NCBI RefSeq assembly: GCF_009834535.1 | Contig: NC_045697.1 | Span: 16,184,001 to 16,248,000, forward strand | Direction: 5' to 3' | DNA: 64,000 nt | Origin: Camelus ferus | Lineage: Eukaryota | Part shown: one piece after another, positions 1-12,845 of the stretch | Numbering within the stretch: the stretch's first letter is position 1 | How the letters are laid out: each line of letters starts with the position of its first letter | Notes under the pieces: model-generated | Database searches by the model: none | What the model was told of the DNA's origin: nothing | What the model saw: only the letters and a program-made list of their open reading frames with translations | Program-made: the position numbers and the translations under genes

Positions 1-856
1 TGGTTTTTTGATTTTTGATTTTCATTTTAAAAGATCCCTGGATGAAGCTTTGAAGTCATGTGTTTATTTCCTTAGCACACTGCTGACTCATTGGGGGACT
101 AACTCATTTAACCCCTCTCTGCATGTAGACTCATTAAGAAAATGCAGGCAGGGGTCATGCTTGCAGAGTGCAAAATCTAGATGAAAGCAGTTTTCATTAT
201 TTCTGTGGATTCTTCAGATGAAACAGCCTAGATGTTGCTGAGTATTCTGACGTTGTATCCATGAGCTGGGTCCGGAGCCAGCCCATCCTGGCTCAGCCTC
301 ATGCCCTAATAAGTTCATCAACTCAAGTCTGGAGGTAGCAGCTCTGTAGAACAGAGCTTGTCCCCTGACACAGATGGTGCTGGGAAGATTAATGAAGTTT
401 AGTTCAAAGGGTTTTGCACTCTTGGAGGAAATTTCCCAAATAGATTGTTTCTTCTATAGTAGAATTAATAGCGGAATTGCAGCAAAATAAAACATAACAA
501 AATTTCCCAAGTCAATGTAATTTCTTGCTGGGAAAGGCCACACTAATAATAATCCCATTTTGATAACTGAAGCATCGTAATGCAGCATTAATGTTTGGTG
601 GATGATACATTTTGATGTCACTGTTTTACCAATTTCTCTGTTTCTTCTCCATGCACTCACTGGACCATTTAATGGAATGGGTCTCGAATAACATTCCTTG
701 TTGACTTTTAATCATGCCTCTTAGTTTTCTGACTCTCCTCTAATTTAAAACAAAATAAACAATATACCATGCCCTTAGTTAACAACAATATCACAAATAG
801 CAAAAATAGCAGTAATAAAAATAAGAAAATACATAAATACAAAACTAAACATTAAT

Positions 857-1262
857 CCTTGAAAGAGATATATCTATATAATATAAATTATTTGGAATTC
901 TTCTGCACAGGTTTGTTTCTTTTCCCCATTTATTGATTCAACCACTTCTTTATATCAATATAGACACATGGATATTTGTTCTATACTTTGGGTTAAAATC
1001 CAATGCTATGTTACTTATTTTGTTGCTCATAATGTTCCAGGTGAGCCAGTGGGAGCTCTGTCAGATGGCTCCTATATCCCTTTGTCATGCCCCCACCATG
1101 TCAAGCTTTTTGAGTATTTCCTTACTTACTGACACTAAGACGCTCCAGGCTCATCTTGTATGTTTCTTGTCCCAACCCTAGAATTAGCAAATTCTCCAAG
1201 GGTCTCTGATTTCATTAGTTGGACAAGGACATTAAAAAATAAGATCTGAGTGCTGGTGTGCA
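857..1262 (-). mobile_element. L1 3'-UTR fragment (L1MC/L1MD type)
   Basis: ttatttggaattcttctg...ttgttgctcataatgttccag...gctccaggctcatcttgtat; homologous to 50450-50740 (same strand) and 45400-45790 (opposite strand). Confidence 0.8.
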
Positions 1263-1634
1263 GCCTTTGTTTTTGAGAGTCATCCTTAGTCAGACAAAAA
1301 TATTAAACTTTTGTCTGTATCTGGGATGCTGATTTACTGTTAATTATGCTTTTCAAATTTTACTGAATGCAAACTCTCTTTAGCTTTTTTTGATCCAGCC
1401 AGTATCGTTCTTAAGTGCAGCTGTAAATCCTACATAGACAGTTTTCAGTAGGTACCCAATCATTTGTTTGAGATTCACTTTCTGACTTTTTGGCTCCTCC
1501 ATCTTTTCTCCATAAGCCAGTGGATCTTCCAAAGTTTCCTCTTTAGGCCTGGCCTCCATGTTTGCCCTGTCCTGTGCCCAGACTCTTCTCTCTGCCATCT
1601 GAGCTCAGTGAACAAAGTAATTGCAGACATTGTC

Positions 1635-1722
1635 ATGCCATGACACCCTTAGTTCCTAACGTATTGTCTAGTGTAGAGTGAGCACTCAGTACCTATTTGG
1701 CAAGTAAAAGAATAAATAAATA
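1635..1722 (+). mobile_element. L2 3' end fragment
   Basis: cctaacgtattgtctagtgtagagtgagcactcagtacctatttg...gaataaataaa resembles the L2 terminus. Confidence 0.55.
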
Positions 1723-2197
1723 CATTCTGGTCATTAGATCCATGCCAAGTTCTTATTGATTGACAATGGCTTAATATGGTCTCCTTTGAGATTTGAATTG
1801 GTGGAATTGTAAATGGGTCCAGAGTGGGGTTGTTATATCGAAGTGATGACAGCTGTCACAGGGTTTAATTCCAACTGGCACTTAGTTACTTAATCACTTT
1901 AGTCAGAAGACCTCTGGGTTAGATGGAATCTTGAAGGTCTTTAGGCATATTCTTGCACCTTCTCCATCTGACACCTGGTTTATCTGTGATCTAGAATGAT
2001 TGACCCTTCCTGTAGGTGGTGAACATGGATAGTCCAAGGAAGGCATGCTCCTGCTGTAAGGAACCAACAGGTAGTGTGGCACAGTGGGTGGGGAGAGGGA
2101 CATTTCCTCTTTGTCTTGTGAGGAATCATCAAGAGAAAGGCAGGGATACTCACATTTATTAAGTGCCTACTATGTGTCCAACATTGTGGTGGGTCAC

Positions 2198-2375
2198 ATT
2201 TTCCTCTTCTTTTTTTCTTGTGTTTCTTTTTTCTTCTTCCTTTCATTCCCTTTTACTTCCTTTCTCTCCCTCCCTCTCCTTCTCCTTATAATCCTTATAT
2301 CTCTTATCCCCTTCCTTCTATTTCTACCCCTTGCCATCAACCAATTTCTGCTCTCCCTCCCCTCTCCTATTTTCC
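2198..2375. repeat. CT-rich (polypyrimidine) low-complexity tract
   Basis: Almost pure C/T on the + strand; explains the K/R-rich and F/L/S/P-rich ORFs in the track. Confidence 0.85.
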
Positions 2376-2406
2376 ATTGTCCAATTTCATACATCAATAC
2401 AATATA

Positions 2407-3259
2407 GACTTGTAGTTTTTGGTTGGGCATGTTAGATCATGGAAGTCATCATTCTGTCCCAACAAGAGTAAAAAGGTAAACCAACTGAAAAATTAACAAC
2501 TCTTAGGTCCTTCAGAGAGATGAGATCACAGGACAGACCACTAGCCCCCCAAATGGGAGAGACAGAAATGTATATATGGAGAATCACTACTTATCAGAGT
2601 GAAAACCTCTGTGGGAATCAGTGCAGGAAAATCAGTGCTGAAGTGCTGAAAACTCAGTGCAGACAAATCTGATAGTCAAAAACTCCAGGGAGGACCAGTC
2701 TTAGGGGCCCTCACAGTTTTGTGAGTTTTACCTCTGAGAGCTTGACAAGGTTTTCATAGTGAATATCAGAGAAGGGTGCCCTCCTGCTTCCAGCAGTGGG
2801 AAGGGAAAAATAGCTATTTTGAAATACACTAGAGCACTGTGTTCTTCTTAAGTACTGACCTCAGGAGAGACCAGAGCCTAGATTACTGAGATTTTATCAA
2901 CTCTTAACTGATCTGGGGGAAGAGAAATATCCAACCCCAGCCCACTCTAGCATCCTGTTCCACCTAAGGTTGGGTGGTCTGGGGTGGGTACTGAGAAGCA
3001 TGTGTGAAGTTCACAGTCCAGAGGAAACAGGATCACTGAAAGGCTGAGACTAAATCAGGGCTATCGAATACCTCCCCTCCCTCCACACCTCATCGCCACA
3101 TTACTAAAGGCCCATTTACCACAGACCTTTGTACCTGGTACATCATGTTTGCTTATCATGAAAAAATTACAAGGCATACTAAAAGTCGAAAGGCGCTGTC
3201 TAAAGAAACCGAGCAAGTATCAGAATCAGACTCAGACCTATCTATCAGAGATGTTGGGA
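2407..3259 (+). mobile_element. L1 5' end (5'-UTR to start of ORF1; L1MC/L1MD 5' type)
   Basis: 2407-2570 aligns by eye to the reverse complement of 56560-56719 (ggaagtcatca...aactgaaaa...ggagagaca); ends in gcaagtatcagaatcagactcagac...gagatgttgg. Confidence 0.75.
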
Positions 3260-3260
3260 C

Positions 3261-3450
3261 ATTATGTATGAGGCCCTAGGCACTAACCCATGTGTATCTT
3301 ACATAGTTCTCACAACCTCAAGAACTAGGTATGATTTTAGCCACTTTATAGATGAAGAGCTGAGGCTTTGAGCACTTAAGTAAGCCTTTCAAGGTCCCGC
3401 AGTTCCTCAGAGCAGGTGTTGAGATCATCACAGTATCTTGTGGTCCAGTA
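3261..3450 (-). mobile_element. MIR SINE
   Basis: Core ccactttatagatgaagagctgaggc...ttaagtaagcctttcaaggtcccgcag. Confidence 0.8.
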
Positions 3451-3480
3451 AGTCTTTGTAATGATGTTTACCTCTTACAG

Positions 3481-3687
3481 TTATGCTGTCCAATATGGTA
3501 GCCACGAGACATTGATGACTATTTACATATCTAAATGTATGTTATATAAAGTGAAAGATTCATTTCTTCAGTTGCTGAAGCAGGATTCATGAGCTCAAGA
3601 GCCAGGCGAGGCTAGTGGCTGTCATACTGGACTGAACAAAGGCACAATCATTGCATGGTTGCAGAGAATTCTACTGGGCAGCACCTG
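3481..3687 (-). mobile_element. MER3-like hAT-Charlie MITE
   Basis: tgctgtccaatatggtagccac...ggctagtggctgtcatactggac...ttctactgggcagc; ~207 bp with internal inverted repeats. Confidence 0.8.
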
Positions 3688-4453
3688 CTAGAGTGTTAGC
3701 ATTCCAGGAAAAGAAAAAACAGCTTCCTTCCCACACAAGTTGGAAGGCATGTGTTTGTGCAGGAGATCAGCTTCTATATCCTACCTCCTTCCTGCATCCA
3801 GGTTGAAGCCATTGACCCAGTGTCTTCTCTTCTTAGTACACCTGGAAACCTCCTGGAGGGGGATGTGGCTCTTACTAGTAATTTCCTGGTGTCCCAAGAG
3901 TGCCCAGAGGATGCCTTCCTGTATAAACAAGAAAAGCAGCCCATGCAGCCCAGGTTTCAGTCTGCCTTTTCCTTCAGCAGCAACTTAGAGTGGAGGCATT
4001 CTGCTTTTCATTCTTGTTTCAAAATTCTTTCTTCTTAGTCTTGTAAAAATGAAGCTTATCCAATTTACATCTGCCCTTCAAGGGCTTATATTTGGTTGAG
4101 TTTTTTATTATTATTATTACATTTCTAATTTGATCTGGGACTAATGTCAGATCTTTCCACAGCTCCGGTATATACTTCTCATAAATGCACGTCACCCACA
4201 TCTGACGACTGAGACAAGGGTGCGCCCTCTAGGATAATGCAGATGGAGGTTGCTTGTGCAGTTGTTAGCGTACAAGGCTTTCCTTTAAGGTGAAGATGGT
4301 TTGTAAGTCAGAGCTTGTGTAAACCTAGGGCTTATTTAGATATTTGATGGAATTCTGAAATGCTCTCTGGCTGTCTAAATAAAAGCCTCTCTCCACAGAG
4401 CTGTCCTTTTGTAGTGAGGGCTGTGAGTAGAGGGAAGAAAAACCATATGTGGA

Positions 4454-4483
4454 GTGTGTGTGTGTGTGTGTGTGAGAGAGAGA
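4454..4483. repeat. (GT)n(GA)n compound microsatellite
   Basis: Direct reading. Confidence 0.95.
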
Positions 4484-5924
4484 TCACGTCTTCAAGACCC
4501 AGGAAATAGGAAGGAAACAGTCAGGAAGCAAGAAGCCAGGTGCCCCACTCCTTTTTACTGTGGTTATGGTTGTTCTTGCTTTTCACATTTCTTTTTAAGC
4601 AACTTTGTGGCCTAAAGGCTGTGTGCTCACACTGGGCATAGTTAGCACAATGGACAGTGGTCAGTATTTTAAAGGGCCTTCCCTGTTATGAGAAATAGGA
4701 GGAGTGAATATGATGGGTGAACTTGAGGAATGCTACCGAAATGCCCTGCAAAGGTGAAAATGTTCAAACCCAGCTCGCTTGCCACACCTATCTTTAGGGC
4801 TCAGTTGAGCTACTCAGATTTCCCTGACATGATAGTCAAATACGAAGTGATTATAAGCAAAGGAGAAACAACAACAACCACAAAGATGAATTGCCTCAAG
4901 GAACTTAAATGGAACAATGAAGAAAGTCTCAAATATCATATCATAGACCTTGGTTTCTGAATGCCCTTAAAGCACCGGTTACCTGAGAGAAGAGACAGAA
5001 ACCCAAGATGTTCTTATTAACAACTTACAGAAAAGCTCAGACCCCTTTATAAATGTTCAGTTCATTCAGGGCTCTCACTCAGAGATGCAGTCCTGTGTGA
5101 TCCTTTCCCTTGCAATCCTGAAGAAGACCTGATTCGGAAACATCACAATAAAACTAACTCAAATTCCCAAAGCACAAAATGCAGAAGCAGACATTTATTT
5201 CTTCTTCAATATAGTGGAGATTTCCTATAAATTTAACTTCCGATTAGAAAACTTCTTACATTGGAAAATTTCAGCAGTGAAATTTCAGTAATAAGCCAAA
5301 TGCAGGTCTGCTTGAGGTCGAATGAAATTTAGATGAAAAGTCCAGGATTATCAAAAAGAATGAGGGAACTTCAAGTTTCTGTACATTCAAGGTCAACGGG
5401 TTGGATTCTTTCATTTTTGATTTTTATGGCAGCACATAATTTCTGTCCCTAGTTGGCTCCCTCGCTTTTTTTTTTTTTTTTTTGAGCAATAAATTTTGGG
5501 TTACGATAGTAAACCTCACTTGCAATGTAGCCTGTACATCGCCCTATCTGAATATTTCTGTAGCACCTATCACTTTAGCATGCCAGGGATTATGTCCTTT
5601 TTCAGAAAATAACGACAAATGTAGCCTGATCATTTGATCTTCTGGTAACAGTTAATAGCAGGATGGTATTATTCCGGTTAGCTATTGAGAAACTGAGGCA
5701 TAAAGAAATAGATTGATACTAAACTGTTGCCATTGAACTTGTCCTCCTCTGAAATGGGCTAGAGTGCTCATTAGGCACCACCTTCCCCACGTATTTTCTC
5801 ATTTAGTTCATACCACACACCCTTGGTGCCCGTTGTTAGAAAGTCACTCTAGTTCTGCCCCAGTTCCTCTCCGCACTGCTGCCTTGACTTCTGAGGCCAT
5901 TACTCTCCCTTTCTCATTCACTCT

Positions 5925-6005
5925 TTCCAATGGACTGTGAATGATTTAAGGGCAGAGACAGCGCTTCAAACTTGTGTTTCTCTGTCCCAGTGCCTAACAC
6001 ACACA
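5925..6005 (+). mobile_element. L2 3' fragment
   Basis: ggactgtgaatgatttaagggcagagac...tcccagtgcctaacaca. Confidence 0.7.
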
Positions 6006-6937
6006 ACTAGAACGCCGTCCAATCCAAAGGACAAGTGTGATGAGAGGTGCCCACTGGAACAGTTGCTGGAGGCCTCTTAAGGGGCCTCACTTGTTCTGCG
6101 CCTTTACAAAGGAGTGGGCAGGGGCTGGGGGGTTGTTGAGGGAAACCAGAGAGAATCCTTATCCTGCAAGGCTTCCCGAGATGGATAGTTGTCTCCATCT
6201 TTTCTCTTGTGGGAAACTTACCCTTTAATCATTCCATATTGAATAAAAGGAAGGACTCTACAGAAGGGATTTATGGCTGAAAGCTTCCTTAATTATAGGC
6301 TAGTATAATAAGTCCTTCCACTACCTTAATGATTGGGGAATTAAGGAGCTCCTTAATAGAAATTGACAGGATCCATTGTCATTGCGAAGAAGGTTCTGTT
6401 ATGGTCTGGAGTACCCTGCCAACCATCCCAGGATTTAGGGTTCCCCAAAGGCTCATTAACATCTCAGACCATAAGGTCTCCAAAGGAGGCACTAATGGTC
6501 CACCTCGTTATGATCTGAGGATAATGACTGCATGACATCCGTATCCATTCAGATGATAATGGCTCTGTAAAAATTGTTATGATGTCAGCAGAAGAAAAAA
6601 AATCTCATTTGTACTTTATAATCTTTGGTTTCTAATATACCATAGTATCTAAATTATAGTAGAATTATTTTACAAATCTGGCTTAATAGAGGCAATGCTT
6701 ATGATGCTCTTGAAAAAAAAATCAAAATCCTCTCTTAAAACAGCTGTTATCACCCTTATATTATTGTATAAATGAAGGGTAAGATTAGTAATGCTCTCAT
6801 AGTACTGAAATACTTATGAGTAATAGAATAAAAAACAAAGACTTAAATTCCCCTAATTTACATATTCATTTACTCCTGGGAATGAAAAGCAGTTCTGTTT
6901 TTAGAACGTCCCAAAACAGCAGAGAGAAAAGCCCAGA

Positions 6938-7190
6938 GTAATAATAGTACTAATAGGAGTGATTGTCAACCCATACTGAGCACTCATTGTGCATCGTGTT
7001 CTATGCTAAGTAATTTTCCTGCAGCATCTCCTTTTTGTTCTTGCAGAAACTTCTCTGAGATGGGCATCCCCATCACCCTCACTGTACAGATGAGAAAGGT
7101 GCAGAGTGGTTCAGGATCAGGTCTAGATCATCCAGATGGTCCACAGTCAAGGTAAAATTTGAACTCATTCAGCCTGAATTCAGAGTTGTG
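6938..7190 (-). mobile_element. MIR SINE
   Basis: taataatag...tactgagcactcattgtgc...cactgtacagatgagaaaggtg. Confidence 0.75.
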
Positions 7191-7878
7191 CCATGATTAT
7201 CAGGATTGTGTGCTAGGAAGAGTCACAGACTTCTGACTCAGGAGAAGTGGACTCATGCCTGGCCATGAACTAACTGTGTGACTTGGGACACATTATTTCA
7301 CCCCTCAAGGCTTGTGGGCTAGTAAATCTTGGAAGCATTTCTCAGTTCCAACTTTTATTGACAAGGACGTCACAATATCAGAGCTGAAATCAGAATTTTA
7401 ACATCATTCACACAATAGCTACTGGTATTCATCGGCAGTATTACCATTATCTTTCCCATTATAACCTATTTTAGCTGAGCAGTCTTTGCCTTTGGTGCCA
7501 AATTGTGGATTTTAACATAAACTCACTGTTTACAGGAAGCATATGGGAAGAACCCTCCTCCGTTGTTGTTTAACTCTGTAAAGTGTACAACAGACCATTT
7601 TCCCAATCAATTGCTGTTTGAGTCTAAACAAGGGAAAAATGGAGATGAGAGTAAACAGAAATCTATTAGTCAGTGCTCATATACTAGTATTGCCTGTTTA
7701 TAGCTCTAAGCATTTCCCTGTGTATAAACATAAGAAAGCAAATTAACATTTTAAAGAGATTTCTCTATTGGGTTTATATTTAATAACAAACCAGCAGAAA
7801 AGGGGGAATCTTATAATAAAAAAAAGTCTGGAGATGTTCTTTCAGCCCATAAGCTTAGCTATTCGTCAGAGCTCAAGC

Positions 7879-7910
7879 TGCAATGCTCACATCCTTCCAC
7901 TAGAGGGCTG
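7879..7910 (+). promoter_or_regulatory. Predicted CTCF site with upstream (U) motif
   Basis: Core CCACTAGAGGGC at 7897-7908, preceded by TGCAATGCT at 7879-7887 at roughly canonical spacing; in non-repeat DNA. Confidence 0.6.
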
Positions 7911-8992
7911 AATTGTTCATAATGAAAATACCTCCGTGTTTGGGGAGGGGACAGCAGAGGACTGATAACTTCCAATAATACTGGGGGCTCCAAAAATATA
8001 CTTGGAGTGGCTTTTACCATAAAAGCCATACTCGCTGAAACTAGCTATAGGATAGAGTTCTTGAAAAGAGATTTTAAGCATCAAGGCCTAATGGAAATAC
8101 AATTTATTTTGACACAAAAATATTTAGGCAATGGATGGAAAGAATTTGACCATTATATACCCAAGATGCAGCAGAAGAAGATAACTTGGCTGCATTGTGG
8201 CGTGTGACGCTGGGGACTGCTGGCAGACTGGATGGTAATTCTGTTATCTGGGGAGAATATCTGAATATCTGAGAATGTCTGAGAACCTCAAAACACTTAC
8301 GGCTTCTACAATAGTTTTGCAGCCAAAGAGTTGCTACAATTTTTACATGAAACATGATTCATTAGGAAAACAATAAGCCCAGGAATATAGTCCAAGACAC
8401 TCTGTTTTTGAAGGGGAGGGGATGCACTGATGTAAAATTTGTACCCTATCTGCTCTTCAGAGACATTGGGCCTCTGACTGTGGCAGGCAAATTGTTGAAG
8501 AAACCGAAAGGTCATCAGCTAAAGGGTTGGTTATAAATGTATATTAGTGTGTCCTGACAGCCACTGTTTAAAAAATAGAAGCAAAAAAACTAGCGTCTAG
8601 TGTTCTGGCAAGAGTAGAAATGCTTTAAACAAATTTCGAGGTATTTCCAGTCCAGTGTTGTACTTTGGCTTTATGTGCACAGAATGCAGATGTTCCTTTG
8701 ACATTCTGCTGTTGAAAGAGACGCAAAGATTTAAAAATTAACTGAAAGAAGGCAGTTCAAAGGAAGCATATTATTAAAAGAAAAAAATAGAAACAGTTCA
8801 AATGTTGAGTCTGTTCTCTAGTAGTTTCCAAATTTCACAAGCTTTTCTAAGGATCCTTTCCTAAGGAAACCTCACATGGAACTCTCCATCAATACACAGT
8901 CCTTTCTGTTAGTGGCATGCGGCAGTTTCTGATACATAAAGAAATATTAGCTGGCACTTGGGATAGCTTTTAAATTAGTGACACATATGCAA

Positions 8993-9656
8993 GAGTCAAT
9001 CCTCGTGATTCACAGATTTTGTATTTATGAATGCGTCAACTTGTTAAAATGTAGTTGAAACCCCATCATCAATACTCATGGCATATTTTGGATCATTCAC
9101 AAACATTTCTCACAGAGTGGTGAAAACTGGAGTTGCCCATGTTCGAGCTAAGTCTCACATGGTGAGGCTCCGCCTTCTTGTCTCAGCTCTCCTACTATAA
9201 ATGTGTCCTCTCTGTGGTCCATGTAGGGCCACAGTTTTCACACTTCTGTGTTTGTTTTTTTTTTTTTTTTTTTTTTTTTTTTTGGTGATTTCACCTTTTA
9301 AAATGATCTCTGAGCATAGTGCTGTCTAGTGTTCCTCAGTGCAAGGAGGCTGTGATGTCCCTTATGGAGAAATTACATGTCTCAGCTAAGCTTCAAATTC
9401 AGGCAGGAGCTACAGTGCAGTCGGCTGTGAGTTCAATGTTAATGAAACAACAACCTTATGAAATAAGGGATTTTTAAATAGAAATGCACAGGAAACATGG
9501 TCATGTATGGATGGGTGGACAAAAATATTGTGACCAGAGTCTCATAGGAAACTAACCTCGTATATGTCTCCTAGGAGCAGTGGTTCGGTATTCATCACTT
9601 CAGTTTTTGTGGAGATTTTATAGAACACAGTTACTGGGAGAAATGAGACTCACTTG
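8993..9656 (+). mobile_element. MER82-like TcMar-Tigger non-autonomous DNA transposon, near full length
   Basis: Starts gagtcaatcctcgtgattcacagatt, ends gagaaatgagactcacttg (decayed TIRs); internal gtgctgtctagtgttcct...gtgagttcaatgttaatgaa; poly-T expansion at ~9255-9283. Confidence 0.85.
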
Positions 9657-10039
9657 AAGAGCAGGGCGTAGGGGAGGGTGAACAGAGAACAGAGGAAAGA
9701 ATCATACATGTGAATATTAAACTGTTATTAAAATGTCTTTTGTTTTGGGATATTTATCACTGCTGACAAAGGCATTTATTCTAATTTTTGCATTCAAATC
9801 AACTTCAATTGAAGTAGATCAAACAACATGACAACTATATGAGAAGAAAAAAACAACATGACAACAAAGGCTGGTTTGAAATCAGTAACAGCAGTTTAGT
9901 GTCTATTTCATAACTGGCTGTGAAGGAATTCCCTTCAATATGAGTAGTGAAATGTCAGAACAGAGAAGAGAGAAGCTGAAACACATCAGCAATTATCAAA
10001 AAATGGCGATGTGGAATAATAAGCATGCGTCTGCCAATC

Positions 10040-10225
10040 ATGCGGACTTAGGCTCTAGACTGACCTGGTTCCATCCCAGCTCTGCCAGCTACTACAGATG
10101 TGATCCTGGGGGATTTATATAAAATCTTTAGCCTCAGTTTATTCATAGGAAAAATGGAAATGACAGTATCCTATTTGTGTAGTTTCTGTGAAGTTTATTT
10201 AATCTATGTAATATACTTAGCATAT
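10040..10225 (+). mobile_element. MIR SINE
   Basis: cctggttccatcccagctctgcca...gcctcagtttattcataggaaaaatgg. Confidence 0.85.
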
Positions 10226-10280
10226 TGATCATTTTATCTATGAGCTTTTTCCCCTTTATTCCTTTTTTCTAATGTAGGAA

Positions 10281-10282
<2 letters not shown>

Positions 10283-10320
<38 letters not shown>
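10283..10320. repeat. (TG)n microsatellite
   Basis: Direct reading, one TA interruption. Confidence 0.95.
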
Positions 10321-10899
10321 TCTCACATTTGAAGGAGAATGAGACCGTAATTCAAAACTTCTGATTTAGGATAAGTCATCTGTGGCGTCTGGCCTCACCC
10401 AGGTCTGCAGCAATTGCCTGCAGCTCCTGTGTGGGTCCTTTGTCAGCCCCGTATCCACGTCCTACAATAGCTATCTGGAACTGTCTCCAGTTTCTTCATG
10501 CTTCTCCCCAACCACATTCTCTGTTCCTCTCTATAGATGGCCTGGATGCCTACTTCAGGGAAAATAAAGGTTTTTGGAACAGAATTCCCTTAGCCTCCAC
10601 TCTTATCTCCTACGACCAAATTCTCTGCATTCAATATGTATCTTTTACTAGGTTCTGGCCAATTTATGAGACGGTATGCTAAGTGCTTCAAATATTTATC
10701 TTATTTAATCCACATAACAGTTCTTTATAGTAGTAATGACCTTTGCTACTCCAAGTGTGCTGAATTGAGGAAGATTCTAGGCTAAATCGGGACACAATGT
10801 GAACGAGGTCTGGGATAAATTACTCTATGTGCTGTGGACACAAGAATAGGTTTTGGTGATCCTTTTGCGAGATGTTTGGCATCTCTATTCTTGCCAATT

Positions 10900-11957
10900 T
10901 TTCGGTCTCCTAATGGAACTCTTCTCTCTGCCGGTCTGTTAAATGTTGGCATTCACCATGTTACATACTAACCACATGTGTTTTCTCTGTACATTTTCCC
11001 CTAAAGTTGGCTGCAATCATTCCTAAGGCATCACTTCTTCGTATGAGGGCAGCTTCTATTTCTACATCTCTGGATCTAGCTTCTTTTTCCTCTTAGGCCA
11101 GATCTGTAATTCCATGTGGATTTTCCACTGGCATATGACTCTCAGCATATCCAAACTGCATTCACTTTTTGACTTTCTGAACTTACCTTTCTCTCTGTGC
11201 CCACCACCTCAGTTACATCAGTTGACTCCGTCACCAGTACCAGATGCCTGGAGTCATTCTCAAATTCTAGCTCTCCCATGACCCTGCATAGTCAATTACT
11301 CAAAAAGTCCTGTCGATTTGACCCACACAATATCTCTGAGATCCGTCCTCTCTCTTCTTTTTCTCTACATTAACTTAGTTTGGATTCATATCATTTCCTA
11401 CCTGGATTACTGCCACAGGATCCTAATGGGTCTCCCAGCTTTTTATCTTGATCCTTGTAATCCATTTTCCCCAGTGCTATCATGTGTGAATCTTTCTGAA
11501 ACAGAAATCTGATCATATCACTGCTTTGCTTAACTTCCCGCAATGCCTCTTTAATCTTCTTGCCTTTCAGGAGTATCTCCTTGGCTTAGCTCACAAAAGT
11601 CTTTCTGGCCGGTCCCTTGCCTGCCTCTCCAGGCTTCCTTCTCATCATTTGACCATCGTTCTCATGCTTTTATTCTGAACACTTAACCACTTTCAGTTCC
11701 TTGAACATAACGCACCATCTTTTGCCTCCAAGACTTTGTTTTGTAAATCCCTCTTCCTGGAACCCTCCATCTTTTTCTTGTCTAGCTAACCTCTTTCTAC
11801 TTTCAAGAATCCAACTTAAATACCACCTATACCAGGGACTCCTCTTTGGACAAAGCCCCTTACAATCTGTATTAAGTATTTCCATAATATCCCACTCTTA
11901 ATTTTCTTAGAGCACTTGATGCTTTGTTTTGTAATGGCCTGTTTGCTGGTCTGTCCC
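10900..11957 (+). mobile_element. L2 LINE, 3' portion
   Basis: ctcagcatatccaaactg...cctggattactgccacaggatcctaatgggtctccc...aaatctgatcatatcact. Confidence 0.85.
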
Positions 11958-12425
11958 CTTCTTTGAGGTTCACTCAGAAACAAACCCTGATACAACAACT
12001 TGAGTACAAATAGTTTATTATGAAGCTGAGTCCAGGTAACTCTGGTAGGGGAACAGAGAAACGAGTCAGTGGAGGGAAGAAACCCAATAAAGTGTGCATC
12101 TTCACGCAAGTTACCATTTTGGCAACTGGGATGTAAAGTAGCTGAGGAACTCTGGGAATCAACATCAGATTTATGTCTCAGAGTGGTTTCGCCTGGAGGG
12201 TGAGGGAGCTGGGTTAATTTGTACATCAGGACCCACTTGTCACAGGTTTGAAGGGCAGTTGCTAATGGCGTGAGGGTGTTGGTGGGTAGGAGGGAATGCC
12301 TGGGCACCATCAGTCTGCTGTGTACATAAGCCCTTACATAAAGATGTGAGTTAGAGTCAAGCTGGTGTGCACAGAAATGTAAGGCCCTAGGGCACATGGG
12401 CTGGCAGCCCAAGCAATGGTGTCAC
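11958..12425 (-). mobile_element. ERVL solo LTR (LTR33-like)
   Basis: cagaaacaaaccctgatacaacaacttgagtacaaatagtttatt...cccaataaag...gggagctggg. Confidence 0.7.
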
Positions 12426-12613
12426 CCGATTATACAATAATCTACTTACTGAACTGAATGCTTAATGTTACAGTATTAGCTTCTCTAATATAGCACATGT
12501 AGTAAAACTTAAGTAAATGCTGTGACCCAGACTTATCTGACTTTAATTTCTGAACTCCTTTGCCCACACCAGACAGCCTACCTATCCCAACATTAATAGG
12601 AGAGAGGATGAAT

Positions 12614-12845
12614 ATGCAGACACAAACTACTATAATAAAATAAACAACAAGGTCCTACTGCACAGCACAGGGAACTACATTCAACACCTTGTAACGCCTA
12701 TAATGAAAAAGAATATAAAAAGGAATATATATGCATAACTGAATCACTATGATGTACACCAGAAAATTAACACAACATTGTAAATCAGCTATACTTCAAC
12801 TAAAAAAAGAAAAAAAATACCAAAACAGACAAAATAAAACAAATG
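12614..12845 (+). mobile_element. Young (camelid/artiodactyl) L1 3' end, 5'-truncated, with A-rich tail
   Basis: cagcacagggaactacattcaa...ctgaatcactatgatgtacaccagaaa...ctatacttcaactaaaaaaag. Confidence 0.9.

Noticed and set aside
1380..1598. 72-aa ORF with protein-like charged composition
   Set aside because: No recognisable family and no convincing splice signals; cannot be supported without a homology search.
1980..2430. K/R-rich and hydrophobic ORFs resembling basic or membrane proteins
   Set aside because: Translation artefacts of the CT-rich low-complexity tract.
4219..4236. Second CTCF-like site (gcgccctctagga)
   Set aside because: The 5' CCAC half of the core is missing; too weak to call.
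5425..5445. ggcagcacata resembling the U6 5' end or miR-15
   Set aside because: The match is only ~11 nt, with no continuation or hairpin.
11816..12412. Longest ORF (198 aa, - strand)
   Set aside because: Spans an LTR33-like LTR and an L2, starts at a non-ATG codon, and shows no recognisable domain; a chance open frame.
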